DNA of 63,723 nucleotides, the filler included, from Sphacelaria rigidula (Eukaryota), in NCBI GenBank assembly GCA_964200075.2. It is 9 parts of 9 records of this genome, joined end to end, with 100 filler letters (N's around TTAATTAATTAA, not from the genome) between each part and the next. Parts side by side here need not be neighbours in the genome. Positions count along the whole stretch, not along the records: positions 49,644 to 56,633 come from CAXNAA020017055.1; positions 56,734 to 63,723 come from CAXNAA020017056.1; 7 more parts are not named here. One strand, 5' to 3'. The notes beneath the pieces were generated by a model. That model saw nothing but the letters and a program-made list of their open reading frames with translations. It made no database searches and had not been told where the DNA came from. Below, piece by piece: positions 51,388 to 63,723 of the stretch; position 1 is the stretch's first letter; each line of letters starts with the position of its first letter. The translations under genes were made by a program, and so were the position numbers.

Positions 51388-52310
51388 GTTGGCATGGTGA
51401 CAGGTTTCGTGTTTGGATACACCAACCAGCACAAGCTACAGACCGCACCGTATATAGATTGCACAGTATGGTTCAGCGGCGCGGGCAGGTAGTCTGAGAG
51501 GTTTCTGCTCATCATCTCGAAAACGAGTTATATTATGTCCGTCCGCGAACGGCGACTGCACTTGACCTGACCAGAATCACCATCGCTGGCCACACATCGT
51601 TTCAGAAGACTTTCCGAATGGCAATCGGGGGCACCGCATGTAGTCTACTACTAAATTGCTTCGTGCGGTGCCGATATGTTGCCTGCAGATGCTTGAACCC
51701 GAACAGACAAGAGAACCAGCATCCAACCGCCCTGCTTCCCACAAGGCGCTCCTACCAGCTTCGCCCGAAGGCATCATCCCACCCACACCGCGGCAATTTC
51801 TCTGATACCCTCCTCCTTCGCTCGGTCTGATTGGCTAGGCACGTCAATGCATTTCAACAAAAGGTGGTATTGCGAGGCATTATATTCGTCATGGCACTGA
51901 GAACAAATAAATGGCGTCCTACAAGGCGGTCAAGCTGTGGGCTTGAATGCAGAGGTTGGTGTTCCGTTTCTTTTGGTCGTGCATTGCCTCTTCACCTGAA
52001 GCCATGCGGCAGGGGCCAACCATTCTTTAGTGCCCGTGTGGTTCTAGCGGGAAGGCTACTAGAACCATCTGGCGCTGTTTCATATCCCCCTTCCTTTCGT
52101 TTCATTTCTTCTCCTTCCTCTTTTCTCTTCTCTTTTTGTTTTGCTGTTCATATCTTGTTGTGTCTCCCGTTTCTTGGCTGACTCTGCTTTCTCTCTCGAT
52201 CTTCGTTTCCCTCTTTTCGAGAGCTTCCTTCAGCGAGTATTTCCATCTTCATTTATATTGGGTAGGTGCATCTTTGACCGCACCTGGATTCCTAGGGAGT
52301 CCGTTAATAA

Positions 52311-52439
52311 TAGAGAGCTTCGGAAAACAAACGTTCGAGCCAAAAACTCAGAGATAATTTGCATCTTCCTACAAAAAATCAATCAAGCGATAATTATCCC
52401 TGAGTTTTTCTGGCCTATTTTGTTTTCCGAAACTCTCTA
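52311..52439. mobile_element. Small TA-flanked foldback MITE
   Basis: TAGAGAGCTTCGGAAAACAAA..AAAACTCAGAGATAATT pairs with AATTATCCCTGAGTTTTT..TTTGTTTTCCGAAACTCTCTA. Confidence 0.65.
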
Positions 52440-53329
52440 GTACCAAAAAACTATACATCAACCAGGGGACCATTTAGGCACGGGGACTTGACGTAATGTT
52501 CTTGTTCTCCGTAAAGGAAGGGGGAAATCTCACCGAACATTCCCCCCGCGAACGAGTTCGTTGTGCCGATTACCCGAAGGCTCGGCTAGACCGCGTCGCG
52601 GAAATCATGTGGGGTAGGCGCCTCGAGCTTTCAGAAAGCTTTGCTCAAGGCTGTGTGGGGGTCGAACCCACTAATCCCCGTCACCTTGGCGCGGTGCAAA
52701 CACCGTCCGACTCTTATGAGCCTCGGCCCTAGGGCTTTGACGTGATGTGCACAGCCCTGTTTTTTGTTCTTTAGCTCGTCAGTTCATCAGCGCATGTAAC
52801 AGGACCCGCTATCGAATACATGACACTGGTGCTAACGTGTTGTTTCGAGCTCCCCTGAGGATTATCCACCACACCTATCGACTATGAAATGAACTGCTCT
52901 CTTTGCTGCGTGTACTGGTTGGTGAATAATTGTCATGGATGCAGAAACCAAACAAAAACGAATCCTATGATTACCATTTGAAGCTACACTATCATAATTT
53001 GACCGAATTGCCAGGTGGCTAGCAAGATTCGCCCAGCCCATTTCACAAAGAATTCTCGCTCACCTAGTATGCCTCTTGACTCATGTTCATCCTGAGTCTC
53101 ATGTGGCGTACCGGGTGTACTTTGTGTACAGTACTGGGTACTGTTGTGTGCTGTGCATGACAAGGGGCGTGTTACATGTTATGCATCTGAACGGGTCTGT
53201 GTGGGCTTACATTATTGTACAGTACGACTCACATTCATTAGATGCAGTTTTTTCTTGACAGTGCGGTACAACGCATACGCATGTTCATTCTATTGCTGTA
53301 CGTGACAATTTCAATGCCTCACAATACAG

Positions 53330-54253
53330 GTGAAGGGCAGGGACGCCATCTGCAAGAGTTTCACGTTCGCAGACTTCAGCGAGGCCTTCGCTTTCATGAC
53401 AAGAGCTGCTATGGTTGCAGAAAAGGTACGGTAATTGATCATAAGAGGGTGCAGTACCCTTGCAGGGCCATGTCTTGGCCAATGTTCGTAAACTTAACCA
53501 TATTTCCGATGGAGAGCAGGACACGCACCATGCTGAGGTCGCTGCGTAGAATTGACGTTCTTCGATCTAGCCACCGCAGCCGTGTAGTGCACGCGTGAAC
53601 GGATAGCGCCGAACTATACAATCAAGTGCTAGTAGCGGTAGTTCCATAGTCAATGACGAAATGGTCCCCTTGGCGTCAACTTCGTCCTCGGCCGTTCAGC
53701 GTGGCTACATCCACAGCTAGCAATCACCATAGGCGGCGCATAAAACAGGCTACCTCGACGCCGCGCGCAGTGGGTAATGATGGCAGTAATTTGTTGTTGA
53801 GGAGCGACGGCGGCGCCAGCGCCAACAGGAGTGCCCAGTTCTTCCGCCCCGCTCCTCCACTATATGTATATATATATTTAATATGTTGCGCACGGGTATG
53901 ATGAAACGCCCCGGGCGATCCATTACTGCTCAGCTTCCGTGGCCGATGTCCTGCCGATGCGATCGTGCTTAGCATATCCAGGACCTGCGCTGTGTGGCGT
54001 TGCACGACATGAACCCCTCTGCTGACGCTTTTGTGGTCTAGAAGTGTCAATAATCTGTGAATGTACGGACATATAACACTCTCGGTCTGTTACTTTCGCG
54101 TTTCGATGCAAACAGATGGATCACCACCCGGAGTGGTTCAACGTGTACGGCAAAGTGGACGTGACCCTGGCCACGCACGACTTGGGAGGTGTCTCTCGGA
54201 AAGACGTTATTCTCGCGAAACGTTTGGATCAATTTGCTGGGAGTGCACAGTAG
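53330..54253 (+). CDS. PCBD: Pterin-4-alpha-carbinolamine dehydratase (PCD/DCoH), last two exons 53330-53425 and 54116-54253
   Basis: '[77 protein letters not shown]' contains the HHPEW and THD signatures. Phase-0 GT-AG intron. Both exons are too short to appear in the ORF track. Confidence 0.95.
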
Positions 54254-56733
54254 CACCGTCACGCAAATTGCGGCATCGCAGCAGGCCGTCAAGCAATTAC
54301 TGGACTCAAACATTGCAGCGCTGCTTTTGCTGGTCGAAGCGCGTGCCGGGGTAATCCTCCCGAACTAGTCCGGCGGCACTCCTTGTTTTCTCGGGATCAT
54401 TTCTCCGTCGGAAAGACGTCACTAGGCTATGGATGCTGCACATATGCAGGGATGCGGCGTTCAATGTGGTGTACTGCTCATGCATAGGTTGCAACAAAAA
54501 CTTTGATGCCCTAGTTTCTACCCGAGTAGCGCTCGTAGTTGGCTCGGGTCGCTGAAAGCGTAGCATGTCCGCGATATATGGGGTGCGGTTCATATGAGTG
54601 CATTCGGTTGCATCGAGTAATGCCGGCAGGAAATGATTGAATTTGATTGTCTTCAGTGTCTTATTTTTGCTTCGCGTGTTGCTTGTGGGTCGATGCAAGC
54701 TCTACACCGTATGAGGTTTGGTGCGGCCAGAAGGCCACATCGTAGAGATTTTGCGTCTCAGGATTTCACTTCCCCACACGACATCTATACCTCTGAGGAA
54801 TTCAATCAAGAGTCAAGATGAGGTCGCGCTTTTCCGAGGATTCTTTGTGGGGGATGACGTTTGTGCGGGGTGTTTCCTGTCACCGCTGTAGATCCAGCTC
54901 GGTATTCAGAGAGCCCACCAGCCTATCCGTTGAACTGCTGGGGGAAGTAAGATCAGACTGCATAGGAGCCGATGACCTGGCCTAAGCCCGCAGTTTTTTT
55001 TAATATGCGCATGTGGCTGCGAGAGCAATACTCGGCAACACGATATTTGGTTGTTGTTTTGAACGACACGTCCGCACAATACAGGTAACTTCCGTGTCAT
55101 CCGCCATAAACCTCCCCTCCCGCGCGTCTCCGCGTGTTTCCGCGGCGACCTCTTCTCATTTTCTTCATCGCCTCCTCCTCCCGAGCTTTTGCTAACCCCT
55201 TTCGTACCTGCACACGGAACACAGCACCGGTAGACACGATTATCGCTCGATTTGTCGGGATGACCTTGATATGATTCCGTGTGTGCGCCGTGTCATGCTC
55301 AAGGGGCCGGGTCCGTGCAGGTGTTGAAAAATGCGGCGGGATTCGGCTTGTGGTCGTTATACAATTGCAGGACGCTCGAGTGAGCCAGCATAAATTCCAC
55401 CTTTATTTTATTTGATCTATTCTTGGAAAGTTCAACCGTGTGTTGTGGGTCACATGGCCAGCACGCCCCGACCGCTAGCATGGCCGCCTGATGGGCTATG
55501 CGCTAGATTTCAGAGCCTCAACATCCGGCCCTGCTGAACCCCTGGACTTGGTTGATCTCATGATCTGCCTCTTCAGTGTTGGGTGGCATTGTGGGCCCTG
55601 TTCTCACTGATATAAAAGACTTGTAAACTCAATAAAGGAGACATGCACAAGATGACGTATGCGTGTCCAACCCGTTGAATGAACAGCGAAGAACAAAAAG
55701 GGAGGGCCGAAAGGGCCAGATCACCCGCTTAAGAACACTGACCACGAATTCACGCGATCTGCCCTACCTTTCATCATACGTTGGGATACGTGAGAATTTA
55801 TATTTGCTGAGGAGTCTGTGACCATGCACACGCGTCCCTTTGATTTGCTGCGCGCCAATCATATATCAAGAATGAGGTACTGTATATAAAAAAAGACCGT
55901 TTGGGTGGATCTCAGCTATTTCTCTTTTCCCTTGTTTGCCTTGGTTTTAGACAAGAAATTCTGTCCTGGCGAATTCTCACAATAATTTTAGACAAGTCGT
56001 GGGTGCTGCTTGGAAAAGCCAGTCCATGTTTATACGTACGTAGACGGTGCAAATCAAAGGAGCGTGTCCGCAAGTTCATAGCCTTCCCAGAAAATATGAA
56101 TGCTCAGGGGGTACTCACATTTGGCACAATCGGGGGTCGAATCGCATGCATTCGTCAATAACACCACTTGCCCGATCTGCCTAAACCTCTCACAACGTTG
56201 TTGAAGGAATTGCCCCAAGGTTGGTCGTGAGCTGGGTTTGGAAAGTTAGGCCCCATCGTCACGGTTCATTTTTAGCCAATATCGGATTCTAATACACCCC
56301 GTTCACCGAACCGACTCCTTGAGGTCATGGGATCCATACGTTCAACCTCTCATGGTCAGGGATTTTCCGTTTCTACTGCTCGTGTTGATCCACGCGTCAT
56401 CAACCACGACGGACAGGCTCGTTCGTGAATGCAGTGGGAAATCGTAGAGGCAGAATGCCCCGGGACTACTACCTACTGCGAACCTCACTATTCCCGGTGC
56501 TGAAGTACGACACATCATGCGCTCCACCATGAGTTCATCGCAACCCAAGAATTCCGGAGGGGGGGGGCGTACTCATTTGTTGCTTGCCTTAGTCATTTGA
56601 CCATTGACCACGCAACCCTTTCGAGACGGAGCANNNNNNNNNNNNNNNNNNNNNNNNNNNNNNNNNNNNNNNNNNNNTTAATTAATTAANNNNNNNNNNN
56701 NNNNNNNNNNNNNNNNNNNNNNNNNNNNNNNNN

Positions 56734-56775
<42 letters not shown>

Positions 56776-57197
56776 TTGGCCCTTCTCCGTCGTTTCTGGC
56801 TTGAAAAGAGGGCTAGGCGGAAATTGACGCCTTGGAATGACTTCCTCTACTCATTGAGGCCGTTTCAAAGCAACTTTGCATTTCCAGCTGGCTGCACTTT
56901 CATTTTGGGCCAGACAAGAATTTTCAATAAAAAACGGTCAAGAGATGAAAAAATAGGGGGAAATTTTCATCACCTGACCGTTTGTGACTGAAAATCCGTG
57001 TTGACCTGGTTTGGCCAAAAACAAAACTGCGGCCAGCGGAACAAGCAAAGTTGCCCTGGAACGGTCTCAACGAGTAGAGCAACTCATCCCAAGGCGTCAA
57101 CATCCGCCTTGCCCTCTTTTCGGGCGTGAATCGACGGAGAAGGTCCCAAAGGGCAGTTTTTAGCAGGAACTTTGAACGGCTCCCATTAGAGTTGGCC
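56776..57197. mobile_element. Third copy of the Tourist-like foldback MITE (left end missing)
   Basis: Homologous to 16206-16676 and ends AGAGTTGGCC|TAA. Preceded by (AAT)n at the contig start. Confidence 0.8.
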
Positions 57198-58653
57198 TAA
57201 GGCCGTGTTACGCCGAAAACGACGAATCGCTACTCTCGAAATCGTCGTTCTCAAAAACTGCCTGTGATTGGTCGCTGCGATACAAGACCCCTCCAAAAGA
57301 TTCCCCCCCCAAAATTATTCTTGCGAGAAAAAAAAAAGTGTTGTCAATAAGAATCAAACCTGCTTGGTTTTGTGGGCGTGAATATCTTTTTTACGAACAG
57401 TTCTCGAAAAATTAGAAAATTGTTTTGGATAGGACACGACCTACGGAAATAGCGAATGGGTCATTGGGAAAATCAACCATTTTTAAACGCATGATTGATT
57501 TTGCACCTGTCAAAGTTAGTAAGTAGAATCCCGGGCGAAACATGTACATTTGCATATCTTCGTATCTTCGTTTTTTTTTTCAACTGCGTTGTTGTATAAG
57601 CGTCGATATTCCTCCTTAAACGTTCAGGGTTGATGGAAAGTGACTGAAACGAAGCTTTTCCGCCTTGTCTTCGTACTTCGTATTTGTCTAATTCGAACGA
57701 GTTATGGGCTTTTACCGACTACCGGGGGTCCCAACATGATGAACCACCCCCTGCATTTCGACGCTAATGATGTTGTTCTGGATTGAATCGATCCCGGCTA
57801 TATTTGTCAAGAATTTGTTCGCTTCACATTTTCATCCTTTCCAGAAACTTGTTGCGCCGGAGGCGAATAGTAGGATTTCATCGGCGACTTTTCTGCTTTT
57901 TCCCTCCTTCTCGTTGTTGTTTTTGAGCCGCGACTTTACACATTTTAGGCGCGACGTTAGATCAGCATCGAATGATGGTTTTTACCCATAACAGCTGTCA
58001 GGATTGATCGGCAACAACAGTATGGCAAAACACCTCACGGGGAAAAAATGATGTGCTCGGATGGATTAGAGCGAGTGGTGACAAACTGAACAGTATTTGA
58101 GGTCACGGCATCTTTACACCCCGTTGATTTGGATTTTAGAGGTGTCTCTCTGATCATATCTATCCCGATTTTATTTGCTGAATAAATATATCTGCTCAAA
58201 ATCTGAGTAGATGTGAAAATTCGCTGCGCTGCGTGTGGAAAACAGTTTTCTTGAGGGTGTTTTCGAGCGGGTATTGAGGGGGTGTTCACACGCTTTTCAC
58301 ATTCAATAACACAGCGACGAGCGAGGGGCATGATGCAGATCTCTACAAATGCTCGAATAAGTTGAGCGAAAATGCATCGCCTGGACGGAAATCGTTAGCA
58401 AGAAGTGGACTCTACAACAGCACATCGGCATGCTGTACCTGGGGGTACAACTGTAACAAACGCCTATATTTTATATCCTGTACAGCCCAGCCCAGCCCAG
58501 TACAGTTGTGCAGATCGCGTACCGCTTGTAATTTACTCCTGTCGCTATGGAGAGCACACTTCCTAAACACGCAAGTAATGGAAAACGACAAAATCTGCGC
58601 AACGTGAAACATTACGAGAATGAGATGCATTCCTCACTCAAAACGAAGCTCAC

Positions 58654-59022
58654 CGCAATGGTCCACGCGGCCACCCTCGCCTCGTCCCTCCAGCGATCAT
58701 ACAGCCGATGCACTCTCGCCGACACCTCCTTGCTCCTTCCAAACGCCGCCGCCTCTCCCCCGTCCATCATCATCAGCGCATCCCCCACACTGCTGCCACC
58801 GCCCCCCCCGCTCCCAAAACCAACACTATTTTGCAACATCATGCTCCTCCGCTGCCCGCCGCCGCTAAGTTGCACCGACGTACCCCTCACCAAGTTCCCA
58901 CCGATATATTGCCCCGCCGCCGTGCGGACGCCGGCCGATCGCCTCCGCCGCAAAAGCACGGACTTGCTGCTCAAGTCGCCGACGGACCAGTAGCGCTGCG
59001 TGCCGCGCGGGGGCCTAGCGGT

Positions 59023-59057
<35 letters not shown>

Positions 59058-60603
59058 TACCCTTGTGGTCTGGCTCCCGTGGTTTCGGCGCACGGGTCGA
59101 AGGTGGTCGCGGGGGTCGCAGCTGCCGAGGCCGCGGCTGCCGCTGCTGATGCGACGCCTCATGGTAGGGCAGGACGGGGCGGTTGAGTATCAAGCTAAAA
59201 CCGAGCACATCATCACGTTCGTCCTCCCCCTCGTCCTTCTTGTTCCCCCCGTCGCCCTCCTTGCTGTCTTCATCAGCCCCACCGCCACCCGTCACCGATG
59301 TCGCCACAGTTTCACCGTCAAAGCGACGATCGGCGTTTAAACTTCCTCCGTCGAGGTCTTCGTGCCAGCCTTGCTGTGACCTCAGCTCGACCACCAGCTG
59401 CTGTAAGCATCGCGCCAGCGCGTCGCGTTGCTCCTCCGACTCGGCTTCCAGCTGCAGCACCGCAGTTGCTGTTCCCCCAGCACCCAAATCGCTGTCCTCA
59501 TCCCCGTCCTCCCCGTCGGTTTCCTCGTCTGCCTCACTGTCTCCTGCATCATCATCGCCCACCCGCGGCGACTGCTGATGTTGTTCCTGCTGTTCCTGCT
59601 CCTGCAGAAGCACAACGTCCTCCCAAGCCAGCAATAGCAGTAGCCTCGAGTTGCCGAGGGCCTGCCGTCTATTGCCCACCGGAGAGAGTCTGTTGTACAG
59701 GAGACCTTCTTCTCGACGGCTGGTGGTGCTACAATCGCTGCGTCGCTCCGCCTCAACCTCCTCGATCTTCAACGGTGCACCCCCTTCTCCATTGTGGTTG
59801 CTGCTGTTGCCGGAACTCTCGAGCTGTTGTTCATCAAAAGCTCCTGCGGTCACAGTCGTCACCTCTGCTGACCCTGCCCCGACCACAGTCGCGGCTGCTG
59901 GTGATGATGGCGATGTGCCATGATATGGGCGAACGGCCATCAGTCCGCACAGGTCGAGCCCACACTCGTCGCCTTCCAGCCATGTCAAAGACAGCGAGAC
60001 CCACGGTCGGTGCGTATCCTGCACTAGGACGCTGTGCTGTTGCGGCTGGTTTTGTCTATTGCGGTGATCACCGCCATCACCACCAACATCTCCATCCCCG
60101 GTGTTTTGCATGAGCAGGCGCAAACGCACAGGGTAGGCGATGCCCTCCGGCAACACTTTCTTGATTAGCAGACCCTGCGGGGAGAGCATGCGCCGCGCTA
60201 GCTCATAATCTCCATCAACATCATCGCTGCTACCTGCGCTGCACGATAATCCAATGCCTGTTGCGGTAGGACTCGGAGCCGCAGCAGAAGAACCAAGCAC
60301 ATCGCCATCAGTAGCAACAGCCTGGGCCGTTGTTGCTTCTGCTGCTCCCGCTCCTGCAGCTGAAGCTTTATCCCCATCTCCCGCAATTTCAACGCCCGTA
60401 CTCACTGAAGTCGGACCCTGTCCCGGACGTGGTGGCAAAGTCGGTACAGAAGTAGCGACAGTAGTCCCGCCGAGGCTCCGCTGTCGTTCCTGTTCGGTCG
60501 ATTCACATTGAGACTTGTTCGGCTTACTCTGAGCATCGGCCGCTCTCGGAGGGAGAGGCGGCGGCAGGGAGGACGGCGGTGCCGCTTTCGTAGCTATATC
60601 CAT
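58654..60603 (-). CDS. Large first exon of an unknown protein with a split PH-like domain
   Basis: ~650-codon ORF from ccATGg to GCG|GTGAGC. Blocks 'GLLIKKV..YPVRLRLL', 'SLTWLE..LDLCGLMAVR', 'LLLLLAWE', 'VLQLEAESEEQRDALARCLQQLV' are separated by low-complexity inserts. Confidence 0.7.
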
Positions 60604-62117
60604 GGCACTACACCCTCAAGTTTGGCTTAGTTGCGAACTACCGTATTTGCCCAACAGCCGCATTCAACACACAAGCCGTACACCCTCTTCCCGTGTCACT
60701 ATTACTCTGAAGTGAGGTCCGCCGCGAGACACTGAAGAGTCAACAGTCAATACATACAATAGATCAGTACAGACGAAGCGCCCAGCAGAAACTGTTTTCG
60801 AAAACAGTTTTGCCCGTTACGCTGACTGTATACAACGTGCTGCTATGTGTGAAACCAGAAAGTACAACAGAAGATCCTCCCCTTCCCCTCCCCCACCTCC
60901 ACTGTTTCCCAAGACGAAACTTGGCAGCAGTGATGGCACAAGAAGTGAGCTCATGCACGCCAAAACGAGTGCAGTGCTGTGCTGGATACTGTATTGTTGT
61001 GGTCACCCTTGCTCGCCATGCTGTCGTCTCGGGTTCAACACCAGTTGGAAGAGGAGACCTGCACGAAGAACTCATTTTTTTTAATTCAACTTTTTAAAGT
61101 AAGAGCGGGTACCTGCGATTTCGACCCTACCTCCCCCCCCCCCCCCCCCCGCGAATTCAACCTTGCCTTCCTGTACTGGAAAATGACATATGTGCCACAT
61201 GTAGATATCACTCACAGCGATTTCGACCTGTAAGCCTTTCTGAAGGTCCAAGGTGCACTCTTTGTCCAAATTACCCTCTGTAATCTCTGGGCCAAAGAGT
61301 TTTTGGTGTGTCAGATCATGGTCAGATGGGAAAATCTGGTGGTCAACGGGCAAATCCTTTGACGCGACCGACGGTCAACCGTCCAGTGTTCTGGCTAACA
61401 TATATATATTTTTTGTACACTTTCCGAGCTTTCACCTCCCCGAGATTTGATGGATGATGGCAAAGGTCCCGAACTCGCATGCAGGATCCGGGGGTGCTGT
61501 ACAGTACATGAAGCAGCGGACTAGATAGCATTACCCAGGTAGAAGGAACGAAAGCTGGGACGTTTGGGGGTGAGTTGATGATAGACGGGTTACTTCTCTC
61601 ACAAATTTCAACTGTAACGGTACTGTCTGTATGCAACGAGCATTTGTAGAATCCGTGCTGCCTAGGGTGAACATCACCCCCTTCCCACCCAAGCCCGTGA
61701 AACTTGTCCTCCGCTGTCATGGGAGAGCACGGTCCTTGCGTGACGCTACTGGTAGAGATAAGGATTTTGCTTTCACCACCTAGAGAGCATAGTCTTCCTG
61801 CATTGTCGAAGGATTTGCTGAAATTCATTGATGCCGTAGATCAAACGAGTTGACGAAAGTTTCGAAAGTTTAGATTTTGCCCCACGCCAATACATGGACG
61901 ATGTGGAGTACTGAGTACTGAGTACTGTATACTGTACGTAATACACTACATGTCCTCGCACAGCACAGCTCAGTAGAGTGCAGTGGAGTACAAAGCGTTG
62001 TATACTGTCTGCGACGTTCGATGCTTAGTTCTGAGCTGCCTCGACTGCAAGAATAAAATGTCGTGTACAGTCAGTAGTAGTAGATATACGGCGGTGCGGT
62101 CCAAGCCTCCGAGAATC

Positions 62118-62540
62118 TACGAGCTGGGCCAGCCTAGAAACGGGTTTAAGCTCTCAAAGCAACATCTCATCGACACAGACGTTTGCCGGTCGCCCCGTTG
62201 GCTCAGTTGGTAACCTCATAACCTCCTGATGGTTGAGACGTGGGGCTCGATTCCCGCAGCGATCTGGGATTTTTTCTTACACCATGCCCAACAGTGGAGA
62301 GCGACTATGTCGTCGGTACACAAAATTCGACTTAACAGTTGACGAGGGGGAGGGAGTACTGAACCCCTCTCGCGATAAAAAATAAAGGTAAGCACCGCAG
62401 AAGGAAGGGCGAGTACTGAAAACAAATAAAAAGGAAAAAGCTCCCGTGTTGATCTCCCTCCTGTGTGACCCCGCCTGATGCGCCCACATATCCCGAAAGG
62501 GGTAGACTGGCGCCCAGAACAAATGGGACGACAGCACAGA
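62118..62540 (+). mobile_element. tRNA-derived SINE-like element with conserved 5' leader; 3' tail copies on minus strand at ~14015-14086, 21005-21105, 24170-24280
   Basis: A box TGGCTCAGTTGG (62199-62210), B box GGCTCGATTCC (62244-62254). The tail CCTGTGTGACCCC..TGATGCGCCCACATAT..CCAGAA.AAATGGGACGACA(ACAC) recurs in three other contigs. Confidence 0.78.
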
Positions 62541-63118
62541 CGAGTTGGACCATGATCCTCATATCGTACTATGATGATCGTCTGCTGACCAAGGGGGAGG
62601 TGCCCATCAGCTCGAAAGTTTCGGCCAATATTTTTCGTTGATTAAACCGCATGTCTAGTAATTCCTATACCTGACGGAGATGACGTTTATACTAAAATCT
62701 CAATGAAACCCCGATCGATGCATTCCGCGGATGGCGACGATTTTTGGTGTGGGCATTTCCTGCATCGCGGGGAGACGACAAATACCCTCCCTCACCCTCA
62801 CTTAATTAATCGGTTATCTATCTCGAGATGTGGCGCACATAATTTTCTATACTAAAATCAGTATATTACAAGCAGAGGCACTGGATGAGCTAAATCTAGA
62901 TAATATCGCGTCTCAATTTTTGAGAGTTATGCCATGAAATTTCGAATGGAGAACCGCTATTATAGTGCATAATGAAGCTAAAAAAACAGCTCTTTCAGTT
63001 TTCTCGTTTTTCCTCTCTTATGTTGTTGTGTTACTCGCCCCACCAGAATATGCACCGCTGAGCAGGGGGCAGCCCGGAGAAATTTTTCGGACACGTAGCC
63101 CCCCCCCCCTCCCGGAGG

Positions 63119-63429
63119 GCATTTTTTCGAAAATTGTCATGATTTTTTCCATTATTTTTCGTCAAGTTTGTAACAAGAAATTGATCAATAAACGCTGACA
63201 AAAACCGAAAAGTCTGGTGGGCCTCGTGGGGTTCGTATATCTGCTTCTGCTCCTTGGCCGTTCTGTTCCGATGACCTCAGATGCCAGAGGGCACTTTTTC
63301 GAAATTTAAAATTATCATGATTTTTTCATATCTTTTGCTAACTTTGTTGCAAGAAATTGATCAATTAACATTGACAGAATCCGAAAAAATTGGCGGGCTT
63401 TGCGGGGTGTACGTGTGCTTCTGCTCCTT
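63119..63429. repeat. Diverged ~170-bp tandem duplication, probably the subterminal region of a DNA transposon
   Basis: TCATGATTTTTTC..CAAGAAATTGATCAAT..TGCTTCTGCTCCTT occurs twice (ending ~63254 and ~63429). Confidence 0.75.
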
Positions 63430-63723
63430 TACATATTTATATATATATATATATATTTGAATATTATACAATATTATAAGGATCATATATAATATATGTA
63501 CTTCCTCTGTCCCATAAGTCTGTATCGTTATGGACGTTTAATCGTGTGGGTATTTCAATGCTCACGATCATGCTACAGTTGGGCTCGTTAGAGAGATAAC
63601 GTACAGACGAAGCTGACTGAGAAAAAAAAAAAAAAAAAACGTGTTTTCAATACTAAAATCATATCAAAATATACCCCATTTTGGCCCTTTTGGGTCCACT
63701 TATACCCCGATGTTGATCGATTT

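Noticed and set aside
62192..62266. Functional tRNA gene (also 35881-35940 and ~60990-61050)
   Set aside because: A/B boxes are present but there is no acceptor or anticodon stem pairing. The 62192 and 35881 heads are attached to repeated bodies, so they are treated as SINE heads.

Overview
Intron-rich eukaryotic DNA, most likely from a brown alga (Phaeophyceae). This is inferred from the Ectocarpus-type ROCO gene, the intron style and the TE types. The window is not one locus. It is nine unrelated contigs of about 7 kb (6993, 6993, 6992, 6992, 6991, 6991, 6991, 6990, 6990 bp), sorted by length and joined by artificial N44-TTAATTAATTAA-N44 linkers, so nothing can be linked across the gaps. 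Contents by contig: (1) a decayed Ty3/gypsy pol whose integrase ends in a chromodomain plus a PWWP/Tudor-like module, interrupted by a second LTR element; (2) three exons of an NCoR/SNT1-like SANT gene and a 42/84-bp palindromic tandem array; (3) a four-exon Cys-containing hypothetical gene with a GC-AG intron; (4) TE debris; (5) an F-box first exon; (6) two orphan first exons; (7) six exons of a ROC-COR (ROCO) GTPase with two C-terminal TM helices and a possible decayed LRR exon; (8) two exons of pterin-4a-carbinolamine dehydratase; (9) a large exon with a split PH-like domain. Many MITE/foldback elements (Tourist-, piggyBac-, hAT-like) and tRNA-derived SINE-like repeats are scattered throughout. 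No prokaryotic systems or CRISPR arrays were seen. All domain calls were made by eye, without database searches.
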